Source: Leucoraja ocellata
Lineage: Eukaryota
NCBI GenBank assembly: GCA_036785375.1
Contig: JAWMAR010000085.1
Location: forward strand, 496,001-560,000
Direction: 5' to 3'
DNA length: 64,000 bases
A program made the position numbers and the translations under genes. The notes beneath the pieces are model-generated. The model did not search any database and was not told the origin of the DNA. It saw only the letters and a program-made list of their open reading frames with translations. Shown piece by piece: positions 39,905-52,217 of this stretch. Numbering within the stretch: position 1 is the stretch's first letter; every line of letters begins with the position of its first letter.

Positions 39905-42555
39905 TAAACAAAATAACCCTAACCCACCCTCCCTAAACACCCCTTGGCAGCTTATTTTTTCACAATCCAAATATATCACAAAATGAAATGCACTTTTTAA
40001 CAATAATCAAGTAACAAAACAGAATAAAGGCGGATCCCCACTTACTGTCGTGCCCTCAGTCAATAGGTAGTTCCTTTAGACCCTCAAAGTATGATAAAAA
40101 ACGGTTCCCATTTCAAATAAAACTTTTTCACAGACCCCCTCAATGTGAATTTAATCTTTTCTAACCTTAAAAAAAACATGACGTCTTCCAGCCAAGCAGC
40201 AGCAGATGGAGGAGTGGTAGATTTCCAGACCAGCAAGATTCTCCTACGGGCCAAAAGTGATGTAAATGTAATGATATCAGACTGGGTTGTATTTAAACCC
40301 AAGGTTTTATCTGTTACACCAAATACAGCTACAAGCGGGCAAGGTCTCACTGTCATCCCAAGGACTTCACTGATGGTTTTAAAAACCACTGCCCAGTAGT
40401 TAACAAGTTTAGGGCAAGACCAGAATGCATGAGCTAGATTGGCTGGAGAGAACGAGCACCTGTCACAGCCAGCGTCCGTCCCTGGATATATGTTAGCAAG
40501 CCTGGCTTTGCTTAAATGAACCCTGTGTAAAACTTTAAATTGTATGAGCCCCAATCTAGCACATGATGACGAGGAGTGGACTTATTTCAGCGCTTCTGTC
40601 CAGCATTCCTCAGACAGATCCATCCCAAGGTCATCCTCCCACCTAGCTTTAACTTTGTTCAGGTTTTGATCTCCTAAATACATCAATTGAGAATATACTG
40701 CAGAGATCAGTCCTTTATTTGCAAAGGTAAGAGTGAGTTTATCCAACACTGTGACAGGAGGGAGATCAGGAAAAAAGGAAATTATTTCATGACAAAGTGG
40801 CGAACCTGAAGATATTTAAAGAAATTATTATGTGGGAGGCCATGTTTTTTGTGTAGGTTGTCGAAACTATCAAATTAGTGTATAAATCCTTAATGCACAT
40901 AAGACCATTCATACCCCACTGTCGAAAGGTTGAGTCAAGTGTAGAGGGGGGGAATAAATGGTTACTATGAATGGGACCCAGAACTGAAGCTGATGTAAGC
41001 TTATAATGGCAACGAAATTGGTTAAAAATTTTGATGGTGGATAGTACGACAGGGTTGGATGTAAATCTAGAAGGTTTCAATGGCAGGGAGGAATATACTA
41101 AAGCTGGGAGAGACGAGGAGTAACAGGATTGTGATTCAAGCAGACACTGGTCGGTGGAGCCAGAATAATATCTTTTGGATATTGGATGCCCAGTAATAAT
41201 TAATAAAGCTAGGAAGGCCCAGTCCACCTACTTCACGACCTCTTTGGAGAATGCACTTATTGACCCTTGGAACCTTGTTACCCCATATAAAGGAGGTTAT
41301 AGATTGGTTAACTGAGTTAAAAAATGACTTGGGTAGGAAAACCGGCAAACATTGGAACAAGTAAAGAAATCTGGGAAGTACAGTCATCTTCACTGACTGC
41401 ACTCTCCCAGCTATAGTGAGTGGCAGACTATGCCATCTCTCAAAGTCAGCCTTCATTTGGCTAACTTGAGGCATGTAGTTAGCTGCAAACAGGGATGTGA
41501 AAAAGCGGGTGATGTGTATTCCTAAATATACAAAACCTTCTTGAGATATGGGAAAGGGCAGAGTTTCCTGTCGGATCTGTAGGGCTAGGTTGATAGGAAA
41601 GCATTTGCTTTTTTGGAGGTTTAGTTTATAGCTGGAAAAAGTCCCAAACTGATCCAACAAGGACACAATTGCAGGGCCACTGGCTGTAGGGTCACTCACA
41701 TAAAGAAGAAGGTCGTCGGCATATAGAGACGCACGATGTTCCCTGTTTCCTCTCCTAATGCCCTGGAATAATATAGTTGACCGAAGTGTAATAGAGAGGG
41801 GCTCAATTGCAATCGCATCAAGAAGCGGAGACAATGGGCAGCCTTGACGAGTGCCACGTGTTAATTGAAAATAATCAGATCGCAAATAATTTGTTGTACA
41901 CATGCTAAGGTTGAATGATATAATAGCTTAACCCAGGCTACAAATATTTTGCCAAATCCAAATCTCTCCAAGACTCTGAACAAATATGGCCACTCCACTC
42001 GATCGAGTGCCTTCTCCGCGTCCAAAGAGATAACAGCCTCTGGGCGCGGAGAAGCACTGGGCGAATAGACCACACTGGCCAATCGGCGGATATTAGAAAA
42101 GGAATGACGATTTTTAATGAAACCTGTATAAACATCTGAGATTATTTTGTGAAGTTGGCATTCTAAACGGCAAGCCAGTGCCTTTGCCAGAATTTTTACA
42201 TCTGCATTCAAAAGTGAGATGGGGCGGTATGATCCACATTGAGTCGGATCCTTGTCTTTTTTAAGAAGAAGTGAAATAGAAGCCTGTGAAAGAGTGGGGG
42301 GAATGAACCTTTTTCCAAAGATTCTTGAAACATTTCTAAAAGAACAGGTGTGAGCTTATCCTTAAATTTCTTATAAAATTCTAATGGGTAGCCATCAGGG
42401 CCCGGGGTTTTACCACTCTGCATCGCCATAATGGCAGTATTAATCTCTTCCTGCCCAAGGGGTTGGTCTAGATTTTTTGCGTCTTCTAATTCCAGAGTGG
42501 GTATTTCCAAATCGTCTAAGAAAGTTTCCATATTCATAGAATCCAAGGGGAATTC
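39765..42555 (-). mobile_element. Fish-type L1 LINE, 5'-truncated, ORF2 frameshifted
   Basis: GKTPGPDGYP, NADVKILAKALA, SLDAEKALDRVEW, RGTRQGCPLSPLL, YADDLLL, GGLGLP and C-terminal CDRC...HAFWSC across ORFs at 40084-42546; 3' UTR contains (ATT)n and AATAAA near 39785. Confidence 0.93.
39865..39903. repeat. (AAT)n microsatellite in the L1 3' UTR
   Basis: Direct read. Confidence 0.95.
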
Positions 42556-42594
42556 TTACAAAAATGCAACTTTCTTGTCTGTGGAGCTCAACTA

Positions 42595-43012
42595 TCTCCC
42601 ATCACAGTCAGAGGCCCAGCGCAAATTGGAGGAACCACACCTCATATTTTGCATGAGCAACTTACACCCCAGCGGTATGAATATTGACCTCTAACTTCAA
42701 GTAACCTTTGCCTTCCCGCTCTCTCCATCGATTCCCCCTTCCCAGTTCGCCGACTAGTCTGACTGTCCTCGTTTACATTTTATCTCTGTTTGCTTTGTTA
42801 TTACCTTCTCGTAGCTAACAATGATCTATTCTACATGTCCCTTGATCTCTATCCCACATTTCTCTCGTTTTCACACCTTACACTTCCTTATCTCTGTGTC
42901 TCCCTCTCCCCTGATTCAGTCTGAAGTAGGGTCACAACCCAAAATGTCACCCATTCCTTCTCTCCAGATATGCTGCCTGTCCCGCTGAGTTACTCCAGCA
43001 TTTTGTGTCTAT
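42595..43012 (+). mobile_element. Penelope-like 3' fragment plus tail
   Basis: QSEAQRKLEEPHLIFCMSNLHPSGMNI followed by the shared tail. Confidence 0.75.
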
Positions 43013-43266
43013 CTCCTATTTGGCTCAGCTAACATTGTCGTATTGATTCTACTGGTAAAGTTTGGCATTTCAAAAGTGGGCTGTGTTGTGTAAGAACCAC
43101 AATGTACTGTCAAAACGTGCTGTGAGACAAGCTTCAGGATCACCGTGCCAGGAAGATACCATGTGGGATTCGGTAGAAACTGGATTGCAATGATCATATT
43201 ACTTTGCCTGAACTGCAGTAATAGTATTTTCTTTTTCTGAATCACGTTGCAACACTGTAAATAAAA

Positions 43267-45645
43267 TCTATATTACTAAAAGTCTGATCTTGATAACTTC
43301 CTTTTGTTCTGTATATTTATTTTAGAAATAACGCTGCCACTTATGGCTGTGATTTTTGGCCATCTTACTCAGAGTCCCCCTCCGCTGCGCAGGATAAGAG
43401 GATTTTTCCCTTCGATGAAAAATGAGAGTTATAAGTGTTTTAAAAATGTTGAGATTCTCTCTCCTGAAGGCCACGCCCCTTCCGGAGGGACTATAAAACC
43501 TCAGTCAGTCTCTGCAAGATGGGGGAGCGAGAGGGTCACGTCTCTCAGTCTGAGCTGTGAATAACACTGAACACATGTCTACTAAACTGTGAGTGTGATT
43601 TTACTGACCTTGAGTGCCCTTAATGTGGTTTGAAAATGAAAATGCGGTTGGTTTGAAATAAAGCACAGTAAATGGTTGTTGGTGGTGGTGGTTGGTTTGA
43701 AATAAAGCACAGCAAATGGTTGTTGATGGTGATGGTTGGTTTGAAATGCAAAAGAAAATTAAAAGTCTAAACTTGACAACTTCCTGTTTGCACTGTATAT
43801 TGATTTTAGATAAAACGCTACCACTTACGGCTGTGATTTGGGCCATCTTACTCAATCTACCTCCGCTCATCAGGTGCAGAGGATTCTTCCCATCAATGAA
43901 AAATAAAAGTGTTATTAGTGTTTTAAAAATGTTGAGAATCTCTCCCCTGGCCACGCCCCTTCCAGTGAGAGGGGGAGAGATTATAAAACCAAGAAGTGTG
44001 GGTGTGGGTCATTCTCAGCAAGATGGGGGAGGGAGAGGTCAAGACTGTCTGAGCCGTGAATCAACTGAACACACTGAATGTCTACTGAACTGTGAGTGTG
44101 GTGTTTATGTGCTGTTTTGTGGTGTTTTGTGTGGTTTTATGGTGGTTTCACACTGCTTGAAATGGTTTGAAACTGCATTTGAATGTGTGGCCTTGCACCC
44201 AGCATGAAATGGTATGAAACTGCATTTGAATTTGGTGGCCTTGCACCCTGCATGAATTGATATGAAACTGTATTTGAATTGGTGGCCTTGCACCCTGCTT
44301 GACGTGGCATGAAGCTGCACTTGGATTTGGTGGCCTTGCACCCTGCTTGAAGTGGTATGAAACTGCACTTGAATTTGGTGGCCTTGCACCCTGCTTGAGT
44401 GGTGTGAAACTGCACTTGAATTTGGTGGCCTTGCATCCTGCTTGATTGGTATGAAACTGCATATGAAATTGGTGGCCTTGCACCCTGCTTGAAATGTAAT
44501 TTCAAAGAATAGCTGTGAGTCAATTGCCAGCCCACCAGCTGTGAGTGAGCGGCCAGCACATCAGGCTTGAGCGACTGAGCTGCCACCCCAAGAAACTATT
44601 CGGCCCACAAGGTCAATACTAGCCCTCTGGAAACCAGTCCCTTCAGCACATAACACCCATACTCGCGCAAGTAAATGGTTGTTGGTGGTGGTGGTTGGTT
44701 TGAAATAAAGCGCAGCAAATGGTTGTTGATGGTGATGGTTGGTTTGAAATGCAAAAGAAAATTAAAAGTCTAAACTTGACAACTTCCTGTTTGCACTGTA
44801 TATTGATTTTAGATAAAACGCTACCACTTATGGCTGTGATTTTGGCTATCTTACTTAATCTACATCTGCTCATCAGGTGCAGAGGATTCTTCCCATCAAT
44901 GAAAATTAAAAGTGTTGTTAGTGTTTAAAAAAATGTTGAGAATCTCTCCCCTGGCCACGCCCCTTCCAGTGGGAGGGGGAGGGATTATAAAACCCAGAAG
45001 TATGGGTGTGGCTCAGTCCCAGCAAGATGGGGGAGGGAGAGGTCACGACTGTCTGAGCCGTGAATCAACTGAACACACTGAATGTCTACTGAACTGTGAG
45101 TGTGGTGTTTATGTGCTGTTTTGTGGTGGTTTCACCCTGCTTGAAATGGTTTGAAACTGCATTTGAATGTGTGACCTTGCACCCAGCATGAAATGGTATG
45201 AAACTGCATTTGAATTTGGTGGCCTTGCACCCGGCATGAATTGGTATGAAACTGTATTTGAATTGGTGGCCTTGCACCCTGCTTGAAGTGGCATGAAACC
45301 ACTTGAAATTGGTGGCCTTGCACTCTGCTTGAAATTTAATTTCAAAGAATAGCTGTGAGTCAATTGCCAGCCCACCAGCCGTGAGTGAGCTGCCAGCACA
45401 TCAGGCTTGAGCGACTGAGCTGCCACCCCAAGAATCCATTCGGCCCACAATGTCCATACTAGCCCTCTGGAAACCAGTCCCTTCAGCACATAACACCCAT
45501 ACTTGTGCGCCAGAAAGCCCCCCCCCCCCCCCCCCCCCACCCCCATTGGCCACCAATATTGGAATTGGTGGAGAGGTGGAATATTGCATTGGGGGACCAG
45601 TCCTCCTGTGTGAACATGGGACCCAATGGGTCCCACTGAGTCTAG
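43267..45645 (+). mobile_element. Non-autonomous Helitron with internal duplications
   Basis: 5' end A|TCTATATTACTAAAAG; 3' hairpin TGGGACCCA-A-TGGGTCCCA (45617-45635) followed by CTAG|T (45642-45646); inserted between A and T with no TSD. Confidence 0.88.
44150..44500 (+). repeat. Minisatellite of about 42 bp inside the Helitron (about 8 units; about 5 more at 45135-45340)
   Basis: Unit GAAACTGCATTTGAATTTGGTGGCCTTGCACCCTGCTTGAAATGGTAT; explains the repetitive minus-strand ORFs. Confidence 0.9.
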
Positions 45646-45766
45646 TTACATTCTATGGATAAATAAAGTTATTTATGTAGAACATAAAGAGCTGTTTCTT
45701 TTAAATTATTTACTCATTCCTTTTGTTTATGCACATCATAGGGGGAATAAAAAACACATTATAGAG

Positions 45767-46040
45767 TGCAGCACAGTGGCACAGTGGTAGAGGTGATACC
45801 GGGGCCAGAGACCCGGGTACGAACCTGACTATGGGTGCTGATTGCACAGAGTTTGTACGTTCTCACTGTGAATGCATGGGTTTTCTCGGTGTGCTCCAGT
45901 TTTATCCCACATTCCAAAGATGTGCAGGTTTGTAGGTAAATTGGCTTCTGTGAATTATTAATTGTCCCTAGTGTGTGGGAAAATGTTAGTGTATGGGGTG
46001 ATCGCTGGTCGGCATGAAGTCGGTGGGCCAATGAGCTTAT
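45767..46040 (+). mobile_element. V-SINE copy
   Basis: Family match. Confidence 0.8.
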
Positions 46041-47278
46041 TTCCATGCTGTATCTCTAGTCTAAAAGCCATAGCCTAGTATACTAATGTAAACAAAAAGC
46101 AAGATGAAAACATTAATATTAAAGTTAATATAATCTTAGATTGACAAGTGATGAATATTTTTTAAATTGTTAAATTATCTTTGTAGTCACATTCATAAAC
46201 TAACATAAAAATTGCAAAGGCTCATCGAATGATAATTAAAGCATTGAAACATAAAATAAAATCCATTATTATAGGTGATTAATTGGACTCAGCATGAGTG
46301 CAGGGACCAGTATGGAGTCTTATTGGAAGGTTGCTTGGATATAAATTAGACTATCCACATGGTAAATCATCTCAGTTGGAGATAACAATGGTGCTGCATG
46401 GATCATTTTCATTAAAGAATGAAAATTCAGATCAGCATGATTCAATATCTGTAAACTGGAAATGGAACAGACAAAGTAGAACAGTGAATAGCATTTTCAA
46501 ACTAATTTAGAACGATAGAAGGATCTAGAGCCAAAATTGCCGATGCCACTTTCTGTAAACAATATTGAAATCACTTCTTACAGAAAATATTGGTGTCATT
46601 TTCCACTGGGCCCAGTAAGATCCATTATTGCATGAAGCTCTTATATGTCTTGAAGTAAGCTATAGTATATCATTACAAGGGTATTCATGTGACTTCTCAT
46701 AAGCAATAGTGAGGGCCTTGCTTGCAGCAGCACAACAGATATGTAAACAGTATCTGGAAAAACACCACAATAAGCATCAAAAAAATTAATTTACAGATAT
46801 AGGAGGGAGTTGTAGTGTTTAATAGCCAGAAGTTTTCTACAAGGATCTTATGTTCTTACAATACCTCTTGTTCTGTATCATCAGCCAACAATATTATCAT
46901 TTACAGTCTGTTTGGAAAATATATTGTGTTGCTCATTTCAGTAGTCAATGTCCTTTTACAATATAAGGTTGTTAAACCACAATGTGCCAGCTGAACATGC
47001 TGTAAATCCCATTACAAGAAATGTTCTAAGAGTCCATAGCATCAAATATAAATTTGATCTTAATGTGCATAATAGTTGTTTTTAGAAAATCATTATGGGG
47101 CTGAGTGAGGCTGAACAAATGGATACTTTTTAATTAAAAAAACTCTGCTTGAAAAATGTCTGAGCATATATTTAATAATTGACCCCTCAATAATTAGACT
47201 AAGTTCTTGTCTTCAAAGCCCTCATCTCAGCTTGGTATGGCAACAGCTCTGCCCAAGACTGCATGAAATTCCAGATAT

Positions 47279-48188
47279 GGGCAGCACAGTGGCACAGCTG
47301 GTAGAGTAATCACCTCACTGGTAGAGTAAGTTTGATCCGGACCACGGGTGCTGTCTGTGCAGAGTTTGCATGTTCTTCTTGCAGTTGTACAGGGTCTTGG
47401 TGAGATCACACCTGGAGTATTGCATACAGTTTTGGTCTCCTAATCTGAGGAAAGACATTCTTGTCATAGAGGGAGTACAGAGAAGGTTCACTAGACTGAT
47501 TCCTGGGATGTCAGGACTTTCATATGAAGAAAGACTGGAAAGACTCGGTTTGTACTCGCTAGAATTTAGAAGATTGAGGGGGGCTCTTGTAGAAACTTAC
47601 AAAATTCTTAAGGGGTTGGACAGGCTAGATGCAGGAAGATTGTTCCCGATGTTGGGGAAGCCCAGAACAAGGGGTCACAGTTTAAGGATAAGGGGGGAAT
47701 CTTTTAGGACCGAGATGAGGAAAAAAAGTTCCCACAGAGAGTGGTGAATCTCTGGAATTCTCTGCCACAGAAGGTAGTTGAGGCCAGTTCATTGGCTATA
47801 TTTAAGAGGGAGTTAGATGTGGCCCTTGTGGCTAAAGGGATCAGGGGGGTATGGAGAGAAGGCAGGTACAGGATACAGAGTTGGATGATCAGCCATGATC
47901 ATATTGAATGGCGGTGCAGGCTCGAAGGGCCGAATGGCCTACTCCTGCACCTATTTTCTATGTTTCTTGTGAATGCATGGGTTTCCTACAGGTGCTCCGG
48001 GTTCCCCCCACATCCCAAAGACCTGCGGATTTGTAGATTAATTGGCCTCTATAAATTAGTCCTAGTGAGGAGGAGGGGGATGCGGAAGTGGGACAACGTA
48101 GAACTAGTGTGAACGTATGATCGACAGTCGGCATGAAGTCGGTGGGGCGAAGGGTCTGTTTCCACACTGTATCTCTAAACTAAACTAA
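47279..48188 (+). mobile_element. V-SINE split by a CR1 insertion
   Basis: SINE head at 47279-47381 and remainder at 47964-48188. Confidence 0.8.
47382..47966 (+). mobile_element. CR1 LINE 3' fragment
   Basis: LYRVLVRSHLEYCIQFWSP...RGHSLRIRG; very similar to 30100-30700 (opposite strand). Confidence 0.92.
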
Positions 48189-48414
48189 AGTATAATGAAA
48201 GCAGACAAGCCATTTTCATAAATGAATCATTCATGTCCACCTTATCCAAGAGGTGGGAGTCCAGTCCATCACCTAAGCCAACGTCACCCTCTCTCCCCCC
48301 AACCTCCTATCGACTCCAGAAAAAATCTGGGAAGCAAATAACATAATTGAGGAATTCAATGTTCATACCATTAGGTTGTAAGGTACAGACAGCAAGAGGA
48401 ATATGAGGCTCAAA

Positions 48415-48890
48415 GCCTGCTGGACCTCCCAGTAGCTAATCATTTTAACCCATCCCCATTCCTATACTGACATTTCTGTCCTGTACCTCCACCATTGTCA
48501 GAATGAAGCCACATGCAGACTGGAGGAACAGCACCTCGTATTCTGCTTGGGAAGCTTACATACCAAATGGTATGACCATTGAATCCTCCAATTTTAGGAA
48601 ACTAATCTACAAACACTCCTCCCCTCTCCTCAGTCCTTTTTCACCCCCCCCCCCCCCCCCCCATCCCACTCTTTCTGTGCCTCACCTAGATTTGCACCCA
48701 TTTCTTCCCTTCCATCTATATTTATTCCTCTGGCTTCACAATTTTCACCTCTTCTATCCTTACCTTGTAACTTTTGTCTTTTAATCTTTGGCCTCTGTAA
48801 CCATCTGCCTATAAAACCCTCTCCCCATCCGTATCCATCTATCACTCATCAGGGTTTGTTGTGCCGTTCCGCTTTCAAGCTTTCTCCCCC
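48415..48890 (+). mobile_element. Penelope-like 3' fragment
   Basis: GACCTCCCAGTAGCTAATCATTTTAA...GGAGGAACAGCACCTC; preceded by a short inverted piece at about 48340-48410. Confidence 0.65.
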
Positions 48891-48909
48891 CCCTTTGATT
48901 CATTCGATT

Positions 48910-49195
48910 TTAGAGATACAGTGCAGGTGCAGGCCCTTTGCCCACCGAGTCCACATCGACCAGCGATCACCCCATTCACTAACAATATCCTACACGCTGG
49001 GGACAATTTACAGGAGCCAATTAAACTACAAACCTGTATGTCTCGAGCATGGGAGGGAATCAGAGCACCAGGAGAAAACCCACGGCGTCACAGAGAGAAC
49101 ATACAAACCTGTACAGACAGCACCCGTAGATACGATCAAACCCAGGTCTTTGGAGCTGTAAGGCAGCTACTCTACTGCTGCGTTGCTGTGCATCC
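48910..49195 (-). mobile_element. V-SINE copy
   Basis: Reverse-complement family match. Confidence 0.8.
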
Positions 49196-49864
49196 CTCTG
49201 TTATTTCATTTTATTCTGTTAACAGCTGATCCTTATGATGTGCATAAACAAAAGAATCAAGAATCACTTTTTTTTAAAACTGGTCACGACATAAATAACT
49301 TTGTTCATCCACAGAATGGAATTCTAGTTACAGCAATGCAACAAGAAATTACAATTACTTTCTTCCCAACTCCACATCTCTTCAGTTAATGATTGAGTAC
49401 ACAAATAAAGATTAGCAAGTGGAACTTTGAGATTCCCATATATGTTCTACCATTTTATTAACAGTGAAACGATCCATGCATGTAAAGGGCCTCAAGAATG
49501 TCAGCTAAATACTTCATTTCCTAAACCCTTCCTGAAGAAGGGTTTCTCTCCAGAGATGCTGCCTGTCCCGCTGAGTTACTCCATCTTTTTGTGCCTATCT
49601 TCGGTTTAAACCAGCATCTGCAGTTCCTTCCTGCACACTTCCTTTTAGATACTGTGTTACATATTTAACAATGTTCAGTCATAGGCATAAACATAAGATG
49701 ACCATGGGATAACATCAGATACAGCATAATTCCCTCTGATATCAGATTTCTGAACTGTTCTTGCATCAGCTAAGGTACAGAATGATTCTCTACCTTGTTG
49801 CAGACTTTGGACTTTGGCTCTTGGGCTGTTTCACACCAATGTTCAGAATGATATTCTATAAAGG

Positions 49865-50450
49865 CAGGACAACTTCCAGAGAATCCATTTGCAAGAAAGG
49901 AACGACCCTCCTGGACACTGCCCAGGACTGGAAAATGCAGGCTGATCGAGACCAGAAGCTCATCTTTCCACCAGAGATCGTCACAACTAATCTCAGGCCG
50001 GACCTAATCTTCTGGTCATCCTCACATCATGTACATCATGGAGTTAACTGTGCCTTGGGAGGCTGCAGTTGGTGAAGCGCATGAACGCAAATGTCTGAAG
50101 TATTCAGACTTAGCAGCCGAGGCAGAACAACGCGGCTGGCGAACCCAGGTGCTCCCTGTAGAGGCTGGTTATAGAGGGTTTGTTGCCATGTCAACAACCA
50201 GACTCCTAAAGGGAATGGGAGTTCGAGGACAGGCAAGCTGTCAGGTCGCTGTCAGAGGCTGCCGAGTGAAGCAGCAACTAGCTGTGGCTGAAGAGGAAGG
50301 ACTGCAAACTGACCAGCAAGAGGGATAAAACGGAGCGAGGCCAGGCCAGATGTTGCTGTTGAGCCATCTGGAGGTGTTGTGGGCTATCAACGAAACAACA
50401 AGGAAGGAGGGTGCCCAGCTGATGACCCCAATGAAGTCTTTACCCCTACT
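49865..50450 (+). mobile_element. RLE-type non-LTR retrotransposon 3' fragment (HERO/R2-group)
   Basis: FPPEIVTTNLRPDLIFWS / ELTVPWE...EAHERKCLKY..L...GWRTQVLPVEAGYRGFV is a PD-(D/E)xK restriction-like endonuclease, frameshifted. Confidence 0.85.
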
Positions 50451-52217
50451 CAATATATTAAGAAGGTGCCAATTATAGTAGGGATTGTAATATCAAGTCC
50501 TATAAGCTTAACTATATCCTGTATCTTTCCCTTCACTCTCCCTCTTGTACTTGAGCTTGGCTTGATTGCATTTATGGAAAGTATTATCTGATTTGATTTA
50601 CCGGCATGCAAAATGGTACCTCGGTACACATGGCAATAATAAACCTAAATCTAAACCTCATACCATTAGTGTTCTGGAAATTTAGACGCATGTCACCATT
50701 GATTCCTGGTGAAAAAGATGTTGGTTGAATACTTAGTCCAGTGAAAGTAACCAAGATCTGAATAATCCAAAAGTGGAAATGTATGCAATTTATATATTTT
50801 AGACTATGTTATGTACTGATTAAATTTAGTACAGCAGCACAGAAATAGCACCATTGGAGCATGAAACAATCAGCAAAAAAAATAATTATGATATTTTTTG
50901 TTATATCTCTGTCACATTTCATGAAGGCATTGGTGTGTTATGTGCAGCAAAGTATCCATTGACAGATAAATCAATTTTAGATGGTTCTTGCAGATGTAAT
51001 CAGAATATTGTTAAGGTACAGCTGCAGATAGACACATGTAATTCCTTGCGTGGAAGCTTGTTCTGTTTATCCAAATGTATTTTCTTCTGCATTTTTGTTC
51101 ATGAGTTATGGATATTTGCCAACTAATGAGCTATTCAGTGAAGTATAAAAACGTACAGTAGTAGAAATGTGTTGAACAGCGACACCGTAATAATTACACA
51201 TCACTGTTTAACTATGTCTAATTACATTTTTGTGCAAATTATTATATACCTTTATAAGTTGCTCATTAATTTGATTTTGTATTCTCTCCAAGTGCTTTAT
51301 GTGCGGAAAAAGTTATATGCTATGGTTTTCTTTGTGCGTAATGGTTCAGCAACTGAGCTACAGGCATGAGTTCCTAATAACTAAAATAACAATATGGGGC
51401 GTTAGAGATGAACTAACTTTTCACTTCATGGTAACATTCCACTTGCAAGAAAAAGTACACAGCCCAAATTCTATTCCAAATAGTAGAAACAAGGAACTGC
51501 AGGTGCTGGTATACACAAAAGAATACAAAGTGCTGGAGTAACTTGGTGGGTGAGCAGCATCTCTTGAGAACACGGATAGGTGATGTGAAGCTTTCCCTCT
51601 TGGGATATAGTGGCAGAAACTTTGCCAAAATGAATCCCAATGTCACCTCAGAAGGACACAATGCTGGAGCATCTCTGGAGAACATGGATAGGTCATGTTC
51701 CTGAAGAAGGGTCTCGACCTGAAGAATGGTCCTGACCTGAAATGTCACCTACCCATGTTCTTCAGAGCTGCTGCTTGACCTGCTGAGTTACTCCAGCACT
51801 TTGTGCCCTGTGCTCTAACTAGTCCTGGAGTATAGAGAATGTGCTCTAAAGTTTGGGTTGACATTTGCAGAGTTGTGGCATGTGTGTGGTGGTTGGGCTG
51901 GGGAAGGGTAAATTAAGGAACTAGAGAGGAAAGCCTTATATAAGGCGACATCTACATTGCATTATATAGTTTTTCTGGGTATTTATTGACACCACCAATG
52001 TTACAACTGCTACAATGATATCACAGAGGTACTGCCTGCAAATTTGGATTTCAGGTTAGTTTTGTTTACCAGTATAGAAAATCATGTTTGCTCTTTGTTT
52101 CTTATTGGTGGATAGGGTAGTGTTTGTTTCATTTCAGGTTCATAATAGTAGTCGAACAGTTTTCCAGCGATCTTTGTGTTTGAACTGAACATAGATTTCT
52201 GGAGCATTGCTACATTG

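Noticed and set aside
44105-45636. Repeat array and repetitive ORFs resembling CRISPR or a repeat protein
   Set aside because: The units are contiguous with no unique spacers, there are no cas genes, the context is eukaryotic, and the array sits within Helitron termini.
542-48662. Recurrent poly-C/poly-G runs (near 542, 5627, 36471, 37126, 45517, 48643)
   Set aside because: Slippage expansions inside repeat copies, with lengths prone to sequencing error.
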